From assembly GCA_964526445.1 (NCBI GenBank), contig CAZGIY010000002.1, positions 1 to 52,270 of the forward strand: a stretch of DNA of 52,270 nucleotides, in the 5' to 3' direction. Position 1 is the stretch's first letter. Each line of letters starts with the position of its first letter. Of the stretch, positions 40,187-49,132 are shown in pieces. The notes beneath the pieces are model-generated. The model saw only the letters and a program-made list of their open reading frames with translations, was not told where the DNA came from and did no database searches. This stretch comes from an uncultured Candidatus Poseidoniales archaeon. Its GTDB lineage: Archaea; Thermoplasmatota; Poseidoniia; Poseidoniales; Poseidoniaceae. Made by a program: the position numbers and the translations under genes.

Positions 40187-41221
40187 GTGTGCAATCTTCT
40201 TCCTCATTTTGTGTCTAAAGAGGATTTAGAATCCATTCTCAGCCTCGACGCGAGAAATACTGTGTTATGGGCGCAGGTACGTAAGGCGAAAGACGAATTT
40301 GGAATAGAGGACGATGGAGACGCAGGGATACTACGTCCATCTAGACATCCTAAAGCAGGCTCAAGTATCATTCTCGGAGATATCATGACGATGTTGATGC
40401 GAGTATTTGGTGCACATGCTCCTCCAGCAATTGTCGAGTTACCAGGATTTGATGAGCAGAGATGGAAGATTGAATTTGGCGATGAAGAGGTACGTGTCGA
40501 GGTTGAGAGTAGACCTTATTGGGGATTTGGCTTGTTTGCCTCTTCTTTTTACAACAAAATCATGCTTTCTGGTCCAATCGATAGAAGATGTAGGATGGTT
40601 CTTGATCTTGCATCAGCAATGGGCAGACCTCCATGGGAGCCTGTACGTAGAGGACGTTGGGTCAAAGTCACTGGAATGAATGCTGAACAGCATTCAAAAC
40701 ATTGGAATCTACACATGAATCATTGCAGAACAGGGTTGAAGGTTGAGATGGAGAAACGGGAACAACGAATCAATGAGATGGAGAAGAAATTGACCACTTC
40801 AGACGAAGAAGAATACCCTGGATATGATAGGAGAGCAGGTAAATCAGCTATTGAAAGAGCACTCAGAGATATTGATGTTTCAAACAAGGCTTTGCATGAA
40901 GACAACGCTGCAGCGGTGGAAAGAGCATTGGCTCGTATTGATATCGCCCTGATTGAAGCAGACCCCTCTAACCAATCTAGGAATGAAATGTTTCAGGAGG
41001 AGGAAGAATTAGCCTATGATGCGAGAAGTGAAGAAGCGAATCTGGGCGATGTACTTGCAGCCGCACCGAGTATGCCCGAAGACGACACCTCAATACAAGT
41101 TCAACAAAACGAAGAAATGCCGGTAGAAACAGGTGCGACGGCGGATGATTTATTGCTGTATAAGGCCGAAAAAGAAGAAGAAATCCCCTTTGTAGACCTT
41201 TCAATCAGTGAAGATGAATGA
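40187..41221 (+). CDS. Hypothetical protein with a coiled-coil-like middle and acidic C-terminus
   Basis: 344-aa ORF with a GTG start (uncertain). No motif recognised. The C-terminus is 'KAEKEEEIPFVDLSISEDE'. Confidence 0.4.
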   Translation: MCNLLPHFVSKEDLESILSLDARNTVLWAQVRKAKDEFGIEDDGDAGILRPSRHPKAGSSIILGDIMTMLMRVFGAHAPPAIVELPGFDEQRWKIEFGDEEVRVEVESRPYWGFGLFASSFYNKIMLSGPIDRRCRMVLDLASAMGRPPWEPVRRGRWVKVTGMNAEQHSKHWNLHMNHCRTGLKVEMEKREQRINEMEKKLTTSDEEEYPGYDRRAGKSAIERALRDIDVSNKALHEDNAAAVERALARIDIALIEADPSNQSRNEMFQEEEELAYDARSEEANLGDVLAAAPSMPEDDTSIQVQQNEEMPVETGATADDLLLYKAEKEEEIPFVDLSISEDE

Positions 41222-41280
41222 GTCATCATTCCCCGTCGCGTTGAAATAGGGATGGCATTTCGCCGGCACGCTGGTCTACC

Positions 41281-41475
41281 ATGGCGGTCAAGAAGAGCAA
41301 GAAGGATGGCAGCGGAATCCAACAGGCTGCAGGCCTTATCAGATACTTCGATGAGGAATCGGAAGATGCTTGGCATTTCACCAAGGGACAGGTGTACGCA
41401 GCCTGTATCATACTGTCGACAGTAATCTATCTCGCCAACCACGGTGTTCTGAGTTGGTTCTTTGGAATTTTCTGA
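41281..41475 (+). CDS. Preprotein translocase subunit Sec61-beta (archaeal SecG)
   Basis: 'GIQQAAGLIRYFDEE' followed by the single C-terminal TM 'VYAACIILSTVIYLANHGVL' is the archaeal Sec61-beta pattern. Length 64 aa. Confidence 0.75.
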   Translation: MAVKKSKKDGSGIQQAAGLIRYFDEESEDAWHFTKGQVYAACIILSTVIYLANHGVLSWFFGIF

Positions 41476-41477
41476 AA

Positions 41478-41957
41478 TCACAGATTAGGCTCAATCAGTA
41501 CAACTTGCCCATCGGAGGCCATTTCTTTCGCTAACGCCATAGCGGTATCGAAGTCTGCTGTGCAACCAAGTGGTTGAGGCCGTCCATCCTCCCCTTGAAT
41601 CATCAATCTGTGCGATAATGAAGCCAATACTTCTGCACTGACTTGCTCCCAAACCCATTCTTCATCTTCAACAGTGATCATTGCTGGCACCCGCATTCTT
41701 TGTCCTTCTTCTAGACGACTTCTATTGGCACGTCCTCCGATGTTCAACATCCGTTTCATTCCATGACTAAACGGTATTTTTCTGTCTTTTTCAATTCCTT
41801 CGCGAAAGGCTCTCCCCATCATTTCCCCATCCTGGGAACCTTGATCCCCAACTCTCAGGCCATTCTTTGCATTGATAATAGTTAGGGAATGATAGGAAAC
41901 GTCATGGCAATTAAGCAACCAATTCACAGATTCCGTTAATCTATGTGTTCTGGCCAC
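41478..41957 (-). CDS. Hypothetical protein
   Basis: 159-aa ORF. Its GTG start overlaps the upstream gene by 22 nt; an alternative GTG at 41927 removes the overlap. No motif recognised. Confidence 0.35.
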   Translation of the reverse strand: MARTHRLTESVNWLLNCHDVSYHSLTIINAKNGLRVGDQGSQDGEMMGRAFREGIEKDRKIPFSHGMKRMLNIGGRANRSRLEEGQRMRVPAMITVEDEEWVWEQVSAEVLASLSHRLMIQGEDGRPQPLGCTADFDTAMALAKEMASDGQVVLIEPNL

Positions 41958-43408
41958 GCGTGAACCAGAATTCCAGGGATTAGTGTGCTAATGAACAAGA
42001 CAGGAAGTACTGCAATCAAGCCGATAATATCGAAAGCGAATAAGAATAACAACAGAATCAAAGTCACATCAGTCACTAGAATTGTAATCAGCCAATTTTT
42101 CTTCCTTTTTTTGGAAAGCCGCACATCATTCTCAAGCATTGGAGGGATTATTGCAGCAAAAGAAAGAGCGGGTAGCAGGGTCAATGCCAGCAATGCTGAG
42201 CGCGGCTCCCACAGGGCCAGCGCAGGCGTTCCAACCATCAACATCACAGTCCACCCCCATAGTTCGGCGCGCGGTCTATCGTCAAAACCTACCAATGGCA
42301 ACAACATCCCAACTGCTCCTATGAGAATCAGTGGCATTGCCAATCTAGCCAACAATGCAGTTGCACCCCATGCTGCATCTACACCCGGAAGGCCGGCCAA
42401 CAAGCACCACCCTCCAACCAACAATAGGAACAATGTGTGCCCGATTGTAGCAGCCAGACCTTTCCATCGATCGCTACCTATTCTTGTGCGATGAGCACTA
42501 ACCGCAGCGGCGTGTAAAGAACAACTACTGAGAATCAGTGTGCTGCAAAAAGCCAACATGAATGCAGTTCTTCTCCCGTGTGCCGAATCTAGTACTAAAT
42601 CACTGAGAGCCATGCCGTCGGAGACGGTATTCAAATCATCCATGGTTAATCCTAAGAGAATGGCAGAGATTGGCATAGCTACAAACCATCCAGTTCCAGG
42701 GTGAGGTCTTGAGATGGTATCTGGCCACTTTGCGGGACATGTCACGTCGGTTAAATGTAGAATACCAAACCCAATCAACCACCCACCCAAGAGCAATGTT
42801 GGCGCCATGATTAACACGTTCCACATGGAAGGTGGAGCAGGAACTTCTGCAGGGATGACAATTTTCCCTGTATCAGGGAAAGGGTCCGACGGAAGCAAAG
42901 CGAACATCATCAGACACCAAAATACACCGAACCAAATGAGCACTCCATCGTGCATTCTGTGACTATCTCCTGCGATATCGCCTCCTTCATCTAGAACAGA
43001 AGTCGTTACTGCTAGGTGCAGTCCGAGCCCTAGCATGACAAGTAATGCCCACGTAGTCCAACCAGTCATCGCAACAGCTAATCTACTGATGAGAGAGAAT
43101 TCTTCAGTCAGCCGCATTGCAACTCTTTGATGGTCAGTATCAAGACTGAGGTGGGCAATGATGTCGAAAACTAATGCCAGTCCTACCAAAATGCCAGGAA
43201 ACCAAGGTAAGTAATGGTCAATCTTACCCCAGATCGGGTGATGAGCATCGCCAAAACGCATGTGAATCATTGGCCAGAATGGTAGGAATGCTGCCACCAT
43301 CAAAGAGAGGAAAGCGGGCCATTCAGGTGACAACAGACCGCCCGCCATGCCACTTGGGTAAAGTCTCGATTCATCAATGAGCCGCCTATTCTGTTTGCAT
43401 AGACTCAT
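41936..43408 (-). CDS. Polytopic integral membrane protein (about 12 or more TM), unknown function
   Basis: 490 aa dominated by hydrophobic helices. ATG at 43408 (an alternative is M21 at 43348). No transporter signature recognised. Confidence 0.55.
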   Translation of the reverse strand: MSLCKQNRRLIDESRLYPSGMAGGLLSPEWPAFLSLMVAAFLPFWPMIHMRFGDAHHPIWGKIDHYLPWFPGILVGLALVFDIIAHLSLDTDHQRVAMRLTEEFSLISRLAVAMTGWTTWALLVMLGLGLHLAVTTSVLDEGGDIAGDSHRMHDGVLIWFGVFWCLMMFALLPSDPFPDTGKIVIPAEVPAPPSMWNVLIMAPTLLLGGWLIGFGILHLTDVTCPAKWPDTISRPHPGTGWFVAMPISAILLGLTMDDLNTVSDGMALSDLVLDSAHGRRTAFMLAFCSTLILSSCSLHAAAVSAHRTRIGSDRWKGLAATIGHTLFLLLVGGWCLLAGLPGVDAAWGATALLARLAMPLILIGAVGMLLPLVGFDDRPRAELWGWTVMLMVGTPALALWEPRSALLALTLLPALSFAAIIPPMLENDVRLSKKRKKNWLITILVTDVTLILLLFLFAFDIIGLIAVLPVLFISTLIPGILVHAWPEHID

Positions 43409-45001
43409 TTGCTGTATCCTTACCGAAGGGTCGTGTTCGATGCTCAGGTGGCGAAAGAAAGTCCCCTACTCAAATTAGCAGAGAGTTTGGGCCATTCCGT
43501 TGAGGAGTGGCTATCCTACTGTATTGAAGATCTACCCGAAACCCTCCGTATCAACACATTGCGCAAGGATACCGAATGGACTAAGAATCAACTCGAAACC
43601 ATGGGAGGAACTCCATATTCTTGGTTTGCAGATGCATACAAAATGCCTTGGAAAAGAGGCTCGATACCCGAGCAATTTCGTGAGTTGTACATCGCCTTAC
43701 ATGAAACGGGAAGAACCACACGGCAAGAAGCTGCATCGATGCTGCCTGTTCTTTGTTTACAACCCGAATCAAATGAAAAAGTACTGGATATGTGTGCGGC
43801 CCCCGGCTCAAAAACAACTCAGATTGGCGAGAGGATGAATGATTCAGGAGTCTTGGTTGCCAACGACGTTTCTTCTTCTCGCCTGAATACATTGGTCAGT
43901 AACCGTTCCCGCATTGGCCTATTCAATACGGTTCTATGTCGTCATGATGGTAGACATTTTCCCGCTATTCCAGACCCAGGTTTCGACGCTATTTTGGTAG
44001 ATGCTCCTTGCACAGGCAGTGCCACAGTTCGTAAGAATAGGCATGTTTGGAAGAATTGGAAAGAAGAATCCGGTCGGTCGTTGAGAAGATTGCAGGAGGA
44101 TATTCTGAAACGGGCATGTTCTTTGTTGAAGCCAGGTGGACGATTGGTCTATTCTACGTGCTCATTTGATCCAGTTGAGAACGAAGGCGTAGTTTCTCAA
44201 ATCCTCTCCGAATTAGATTTCATAGAGGTACAGGAAATCGATGTAAAACAGGTCCTTCCAGGACTTAGATTGAGAAATGGAATCTGCAATTGGAAAAATG
44301 AAAAAGACAATTGGGAAGATAAGAGGTTAAAGCACTCCTTGAGACTGGCTCCTGAAGACAATGATACTGGGGGATTTTTCCTTGTGTTATTGAAGCACGT
44401 TGGGACTGAAGACACAGCTCAAGCCATGTTACCCAAAAAGTCAAGATTGGAGATGGAGGAAATACCCCCTCCCAAAATGGACCCTCGCCTCCCATCTCCA
44501 GCCGAAGGGGCTGAAATATCCGAATTGGCGAACCGTTGGGGAATCGATGAAACTTATTCTTGGTGGAAAAGAGGCAAGAAATTCTCATTATCGACTCCAG
44601 ATGTCAAGCATTGGCTATGGGATTCTAAGCGTACCATCAAACGCAGAACAATCCAATCTGGTGGTGGATGGAAACCCCTGAATGTTATCCATGCTGGTGC
44701 TACAGCATTTCAACCTTCAAAGAACGGATCAAGGCCACGTTCGGAAGTCAAGCCTTTGTTTGAGCAACTTGGAACGAACACCCATCTGGTTTCAGACGAA
44801 TTGATTTTGGAGTTACTTGAACAAGGTAATGTAAGTTCTGAATTGACTGCTGAAGTACAAGGGTTTGTTTTCCTTTCCAGTCCATGCGATTTGCTCATCC
44901 CTGCATGGGCAGGTCAACATTTCAGTTTGATGATCGATGATGCAGAACGCATTATTTTGTTGCAACAGATGAGGATGAAGGCAGAGGATTCATCACTTTG
45001 A
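43409..45001 (+). CDS. NOL1/NOP2/Sun-family RNA (cytosine-C5) methyltransferase with a C-terminal extension
   Basis: 'VLDMCAAPGSKTTQI' (SAM motif I), 'FDAILVDAPCTGSATVRKN' (motif IV P-C) and 'GGRLVYSTCSFDPVENEGVV' (motif VI T-C). The track start is TTG; the true start is probably a few codons in. Confidence 0.85.
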   Translation: MLYPYRRVVFDAQVAKESPLLKLAESLGHSVEEWLSYCIEDLPETLRINTLRKDTEWTKNQLETMGGTPYSWFADAYKMPWKRGSIPEQFRELYIALHETGRTTRQEAASMLPVLCLQPESNEKVLDMCAAPGSKTTQIGERMNDSGVLVANDVSSSRLNTLVSNRSRIGLFNTVLCRHDGRHFPAIPDPGFDAILVDAPCTGSATVRKNRHVWKNWKEESGRSLRRLQEDILKRACSLLKPGGRLVYSTCSFDPVENEGVVSQILSELDFIEVQEIDVKQVLPGLRLRNGICNWKNEKDNWEDKRLKHSLRLAPEDNDTGGFFLVLLKHVGTEDTAQAMLPKKSRLEMEEIPPPKMDPRLPSPAEGAEISELANRWGIDETYSWWKRGKKFSLSTPDVKHWLWDSKRTIKRRTIQSGGGWKPLNVIHAGATAFQPSKNGSRPRSEVKPLFEQLGTNTHLVSDELILELLEQGNVSSELTAEVQGFVFLSSPCDLLIPAWAGQHFSLMIDDAERIILLQQMRMKAEDSSL

Positions 45002-45015
45002 TTCGACTGGCCGAG

Positions 45016-46326
45016 ATGATGGTGCGTGGAATGTTGACTAGACCCACTATCGCCATATTCCTGGCAATCATGTTGTTCCCAATGGTTTCTGCTGAAGAAG
45101 AAAATCAGGAAAAATACGTTCTATCTAAGGCCATAGTACCTGATGATGGCGCTACAGCTCCATTGATAGAATGGTTCTGCCACCATGACAACAGTATTTG
45201 CACAAAATTCCAATCTGATAATTCATGGGCTCAGGATCAGGACGAAGGAATGGTATGGCTATCATGGCATCCTTCTCGCGGTATTGATGATCCGATGGCA
45301 AATCTCGATTCTAGTATGAGGGCTGAGAATTTAGGGGCCGAAGTACCCGCCATTAGGGTTGATCTTCAACCATTGTCGGGAATTGAAGATGGGGCTAATT
45401 TTAATCCCCAAAATGCAGGTTTAGCACTGAATGGAACGACTCCAGGAGCCGGAGGCGTGGTGGCGGCGGAACTTCCCTTGGAGGTCACATTAATCGATAC
45501 GAACGGGGACGAAATAGTAGATGAGATTCAGGTGGAAAGCGACCTCAAGCCTCTGTACAATCTTTCCAAGGATGTTGTTTTGAACATTGCATTGGTTGAA
45601 TGGCATCCCGAAATTTGGAATGAGGGAATACGCCCTCCTCATGTAGTTAGAGAGTGGACTGCAACTCAGGCCTTTTCCAAGCGTGAGCAAAACACCACAC
45701 ATGTCGTGACTGGATTTGGCAGCGAACATCTCGCGGCAGCGAACATCAATATCGATGTAGATGATGCAGATCGTTGGGGCATAGTTGCATTCCTTGAAGG
45801 GCATATTAGCGCGGAAGGAGATGCTGCTGGCGGAGATCCCCCCTCGGGTCTACCTCATCAGGTTCTTGCGATGACAGACATGCATTTGCCGACCATGTGG
45901 GAAGGAACTTCTTCAAGTCAGGCATTACCCCGCCTTGGTTTTCTAGCATTTTCACTAATTTGCGTCGTTATCATCATTATCACTGAAAGGCAGAGAGAAC
46001 ACGCTTTACCCCGAATAACTGGTAAATTGCTCAGAGAGGAAGATGGTGAGAACGGAGAGCACAACTTGGTTGCCAAGATTGAAGTTCGCTGCGGCAAGTA
46101 CGATGCGCGAATTGAAAAAGTGACCATAGATGATCCTTGGAAAATGCGGAGAAGAACCGATATCGATCAAGTTAGGTCCGGAAGCGTACATACATTTGAC
46201 ATTCAGATTCGCGGCAATCCTGAAGAACAGGTGGAGATTATTGTAATCAGATTCTCTTTGGAAGTTGAGACTTTTGGTAACTGGGTAATGGACCTTAATT
46301 TGTCAATCCCCTCACTGGTAAATTGA
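45016..46326 (+). CDS. Bitopic membrane protein, unknown function
   Basis: ATG at 45016 gives the signal 'MMVRGMLTRPTIAIFLAIMLFPMVSA'. A second TM 'LGFLAFSLICVVIIIIT' follows, then a ~110-aa cytoplasmic domain. Confidence 0.55.
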   Translation: MMVRGMLTRPTIAIFLAIMLFPMVSAEEENQEKYVLSKAIVPDDGATAPLIEWFCHHDNSICTKFQSDNSWAQDQDEGMVWLSWHPSRGIDDPMANLDSSMRAENLGAEVPAIRVDLQPLSGIEDGANFNPQNAGLALNGTTPGAGGVVAAELPLEVTLIDTNGDEIVDEIQVESDLKPLYNLSKDVVLNIALVEWHPEIWNEGIRPPHVVREWTATQAFSKREQNTTHVVTGFGSEHLAAANINIDVDDADRWGIVAFLEGHISAEGDAAGGDPPSGLPHQVLAMTDMHLPTMWEGTSSSQALPRLGFLAFSLICVVIIIITERQREHALPRITGKLLREEDGENGEHNLVAKIEVRCGKYDARIEKVTIDDPWKMRRRTDIDQVRSGSVHTFDIQIRGNPEEQVEIIVIRFSLEVETFGNWVMDLNLSIPSLVN

Positions 46327-46449
46327 ACGAAACACTTGTTTGAGCGCCCAATCTTTGCGATTATTCCCACACCCGTTCAAAAATTGTTGATTTTTGGTGG
46401 CGAACGTTCATTAGCCGTAGTGCTGCGGCCAGTTTACAGGGGAGTGGAA

Positions 46450-46902
46450 ATGGACTTGGATGAGGTTGATCGCAAGATGATACTGGCATTGATCGAAGAG
46501 CCCAAGGCTAGCTTGCGTACTTTGGCCGCTGAAGTAGGTATAGCTCTAGGAACGGCATCTGCACGCCTGAAATCTTTACAGGAAAAGGGAATAATTCGTG
46601 GCTGGAGTGTTGATTTAGATCCTCAAGCTATTGGATGGGAGATGTGTGTCATTGTTGGACTAAGGATTGAGAAAGGTAAGATGATGGATGTTCAACAGAG
46701 AATCGCTTCAGACCCCAGAGTCTTTTCCGTTTACGATGTCACTGGAGATTTCGATAGTATTGTTATGGCTAGAATAAGAAATAGGCAAGAGTTGAACGAT
46801 TTGACCAAGGAAGTATTTTCCATAGATGGTATAACTCGCTCCTTTACTCACGTAGTCATGAATACCGTCAAGGAATCAACGGTAACTCCACCATTTGAAT
46901 GA
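46450..46902 (+). CDS. Lrp/AsnC-family transcriptional regulator
   Basis: ATG at 46450 is preceded by GGGGAG. The HTH is 'LDEVDRKMILALIEEPKASLRTLAAEVGIALGTASARLKSLQEKGIIRG', followed by a RAM/AsnC_trans_reg-like C-terminus. Confidence 0.85.
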   Translation: MDLDEVDRKMILALIEEPKASLRTLAAEVGIALGTASARLKSLQEKGIIRGWSVDLDPQAIGWEMCVIVGLRIEKGKMMDVQQRIASDPRVFSVYDVTGDFDSIVMARIRNRQELNDLTKEVFSIDGITRSFTHVVMNTVKESTVTPPFE

Positions 46903-46904
46903 TG

Positions 46905-47423
46905 TCAATTGATATTACCATCAGGATCTATTTCTGCTAACAATGGTAGCAATTCATCAGCCATCCCATGCAAACTTTCTACTACTCTTGTTTCGGGCTT
47001 TAATGCCTTAATCAGCACCTTTCTAGTGTATTCATCAATGCTGATGTCGAAGGCTTTGAGACGTCTTTTCAATTCATTCTGCAAACGCCCACCTGTGCGG
47101 TCCCAATCCATCATCAGGATAATCGCTTCTTTTCCATCTATGGGATTTCTATGCTCTAATTTTTCAGAAAACCAACCGGCTAAACGTTCGAGAGGCCACC
47201 CCCGATTGACCAGTTCGATGGGCCCTTCAAATCCAAGAGATCTCAAGGCACTCTTGTCTCTTTTCCCTTCTACTAGAATCGGGCATTCAGAGCCACCTTC
47301 ATTTGTTGGCCTATTTCGGATACGCGCCTGAGCCAAGACCTTTGCCGCCATTTCCCTCCTTTCTTGAGTAGCATTTCCATTTCCGCTACGCGCCCGTCTA
47401 GAACCAAATCGTTTCTTGGACAT
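46905..47423 (-). CDS. Small Toprim-domain protein (COG1658-type, primase/RNase M5-like)
   Basis: 'PILVEGKRDKSALRSLGF' provides the Toprim Glu and 'IILMMDWDRTGG' the D-x-D. Confidence 0.65.
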   Translation of the reverse strand: MSKKRFGSRRARSGNGNATQERREMAAKVLAQARIRNRPTNEGGSECPILVEGKRDKSALRSLGFEGPIELVNRGWPLERLAGWFSEKLEHRNPIDGKEAIILMMDWDRTGGRLQNELKRRLKAFDISIDEYTRKVLIKALKPETRVVESLHGMADELLPLLAEIDPDGNIN

Positions 47424-47533
47424 TTAATCGACTCACTCTCCACCTCAGCAAGAATTGCGGATGTATCGACTCCTCCCTTCTAGTTATTCTATTCTTGTTT
47501 CTATCAATTTGAACGAGTGTCTGCGACTGCCTT

Positions 47534-48112
47534 ATGTCGAAGTGGCCATTGCCTTGCTTCATGGAGTTGTCTCGTCAGTTCATATTGGTATTCACTTTCA
47601 TCGTTGGGCCTCTTGTATTGATTTCCTACGCATATGGTGTTTCACGCCTTGACAAACCATCGGACCTTTGGGGAGGAATACCAGAGTCTTGGCGCACTTA
47701 CATCATTCCATTCATGTTTGCTGCGGCTATCGGATTTCTGATGTATTGGTATGTTGTTTTCTTCCAATTTGATGAATCAACAGTTGAATCCTTAAGGTGG
47801 CCTTGGGAGGAATCTGATGGAAATGGAACGAACCGATTATTCCTTGCTCTTGCTCTTTTTCTTATTCCGTCTGCTCTTTGGATTGAATCGACAATTTTCC
47901 ACGTGGGAAATGAATATTCTTGGACTCCGGCATTGGTTATTGGAATCCTCATTCTCGTCTCGGTAGGCAATGTTATGCTTGGCTTGTTGGCATATGGCGC
48001 ATATCAGGATGGAGTGAGTGGATCAGGCCTGATGCTAGTGGGCTCGATTTTATTGGCAATACAGTGCATATTGAACGATTTAATCGTCTGGGTATACAAG
48101 TTTCCATGGTGA
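47534..48112 (+). CDS. Integral membrane protein (5-6 TM) upstream of the cox operon, unknown function
   Basis: 192 aa, hydrophobic throughout. It ends 63 nt upstream of coxB on the same strand. Confidence 0.5.
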   Translation: MSKWPLPCFMELSRQFILVFTFIVGPLVLISYAYGVSRLDKPSDLWGGIPESWRTYIIPFMFAAAIGFLMYWYVVFFQFDESTVESLRWPWEESDGNGTNRLFLALALFLIPSALWIESTIFHVGNEYSWTPALVIGILILVSVGNVMLGLLAYGAYQDGVSGSGLMLVGSILLAIQCILNDLIVWVYKFPW

Positions 48113-48175
48113 GTTTCGACCCCCCAAATCACCTCTATCTTTGGCACACCTAAGGAAGGCGATTAGCAAACGTTC

Positions 48176-49132
48176 ATGAGTGGCTTTCCCCCGCCGATGA
48201 GTGGGAGTACTATGCCAGCAGAGTACACCGCCTTCCACGGCTTGTATGAGGACTTCATGTTATGGTCGATAATTGTAGGAGTAATCGTCTTTGTTTGGAT
48301 GATTTATGCAGTATTGAGATTCCGTCAAGGTATGGTTGATGAATCTAAACTAGAGAAGTTAGAACCAGGAGTATTCCCCAAGGAAAGGGACAACATGGCT
48401 CTGGAAACCGCTTGGATTGTTTTACCCACAATTTTGATTGCTTGGTTGTGCGTTCTATCTTGGCAATCATTGTATGATGCATGGGGCAATCCTCCCTCCG
48501 ATGAAGAAGCCTTTGTGGTTGATGTCACTGCAACCCAGTGGAATTGGGCATTCACATACACAGAACCTATCACTGTTGAAGAGACTGCTGATGGGCTACC
48601 ATACCAGTTGGTAGTTGCAGTTTCCGACGGTTCAATATCGGTGTCTACGGGTACTATGGATGATGTCAATTTGACAGCGATTTGGACAAATGGCCCCGCC
48701 AGCGGCCAATTCAATATCAGCGGCGGTGAACATACTCAAAACACGATTATCGACCTTCAAGAAACCATGATTTTGAAGATTAACGACGCCGATGGAGACG
48801 TGGTCTATTCTTTCCAGCGCTACCCTGCTCAATCCTCAAGCGCAGGCGAAGTCTACGTTCCATGTGGTGAGGACATCAAGATGAATATGATTAGCGAGCG
48901 TGTTGGTGAAGCAGATGCAGTATTACACGCTTTGTTCCTACCAGAATGGGGGGTCAAGGAAGATGTGGTTCCTGGAGTGACCACCATGCTCTACTTCACG
49001 CCTCAAGAGACTGGAACATTCGATGTTATATGCGCTGAATATTGTGGAATGAGGCACGCATACATGACGATGAAAATCACTGTGATTCCAGTTGCAGATA
49101 GTGTATATGATGGTTGCAGGAGTGATGCATGA
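48176..49132 (+). CDS. coxB: Heme-copper oxidase subunit II (CuA cupredoxin) with a ~95-aa insertion
   Basis: Two N-terminal TMs, then 'VDVTATQWNWAFTY'. The CuA ligand set is 'H...CAEYCGMRHAYM'. The stop overlaps the coxA start (ATGATGA). Confidence 0.9.
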   Translation: MSGFPPPMSGSTMPAEYTAFHGLYEDFMLWSIIVGVIVFVWMIYAVLRFRQGMVDESKLEKLEPGVFPKERDNMALETAWIVLPTILIAWLCVLSWQSLYDAWGNPPSDEEAFVVDVTATQWNWAFTYTEPITVEETADGLPYQLVVAVSDGSISVSTGTMDDVNLTAIWTNGPASGQFNISGGEHTQNTIIDLQETMILKINDADGDVVYSFQRYPAQSSSAGEVYVPCGEDIKMNMISERVGEADAVLHALFLPEWGVKEDVVPGVTTMLYFTPQETGTFDVICAEYCGMRHAYMTMKITVIPVADSVYDGCRSDA

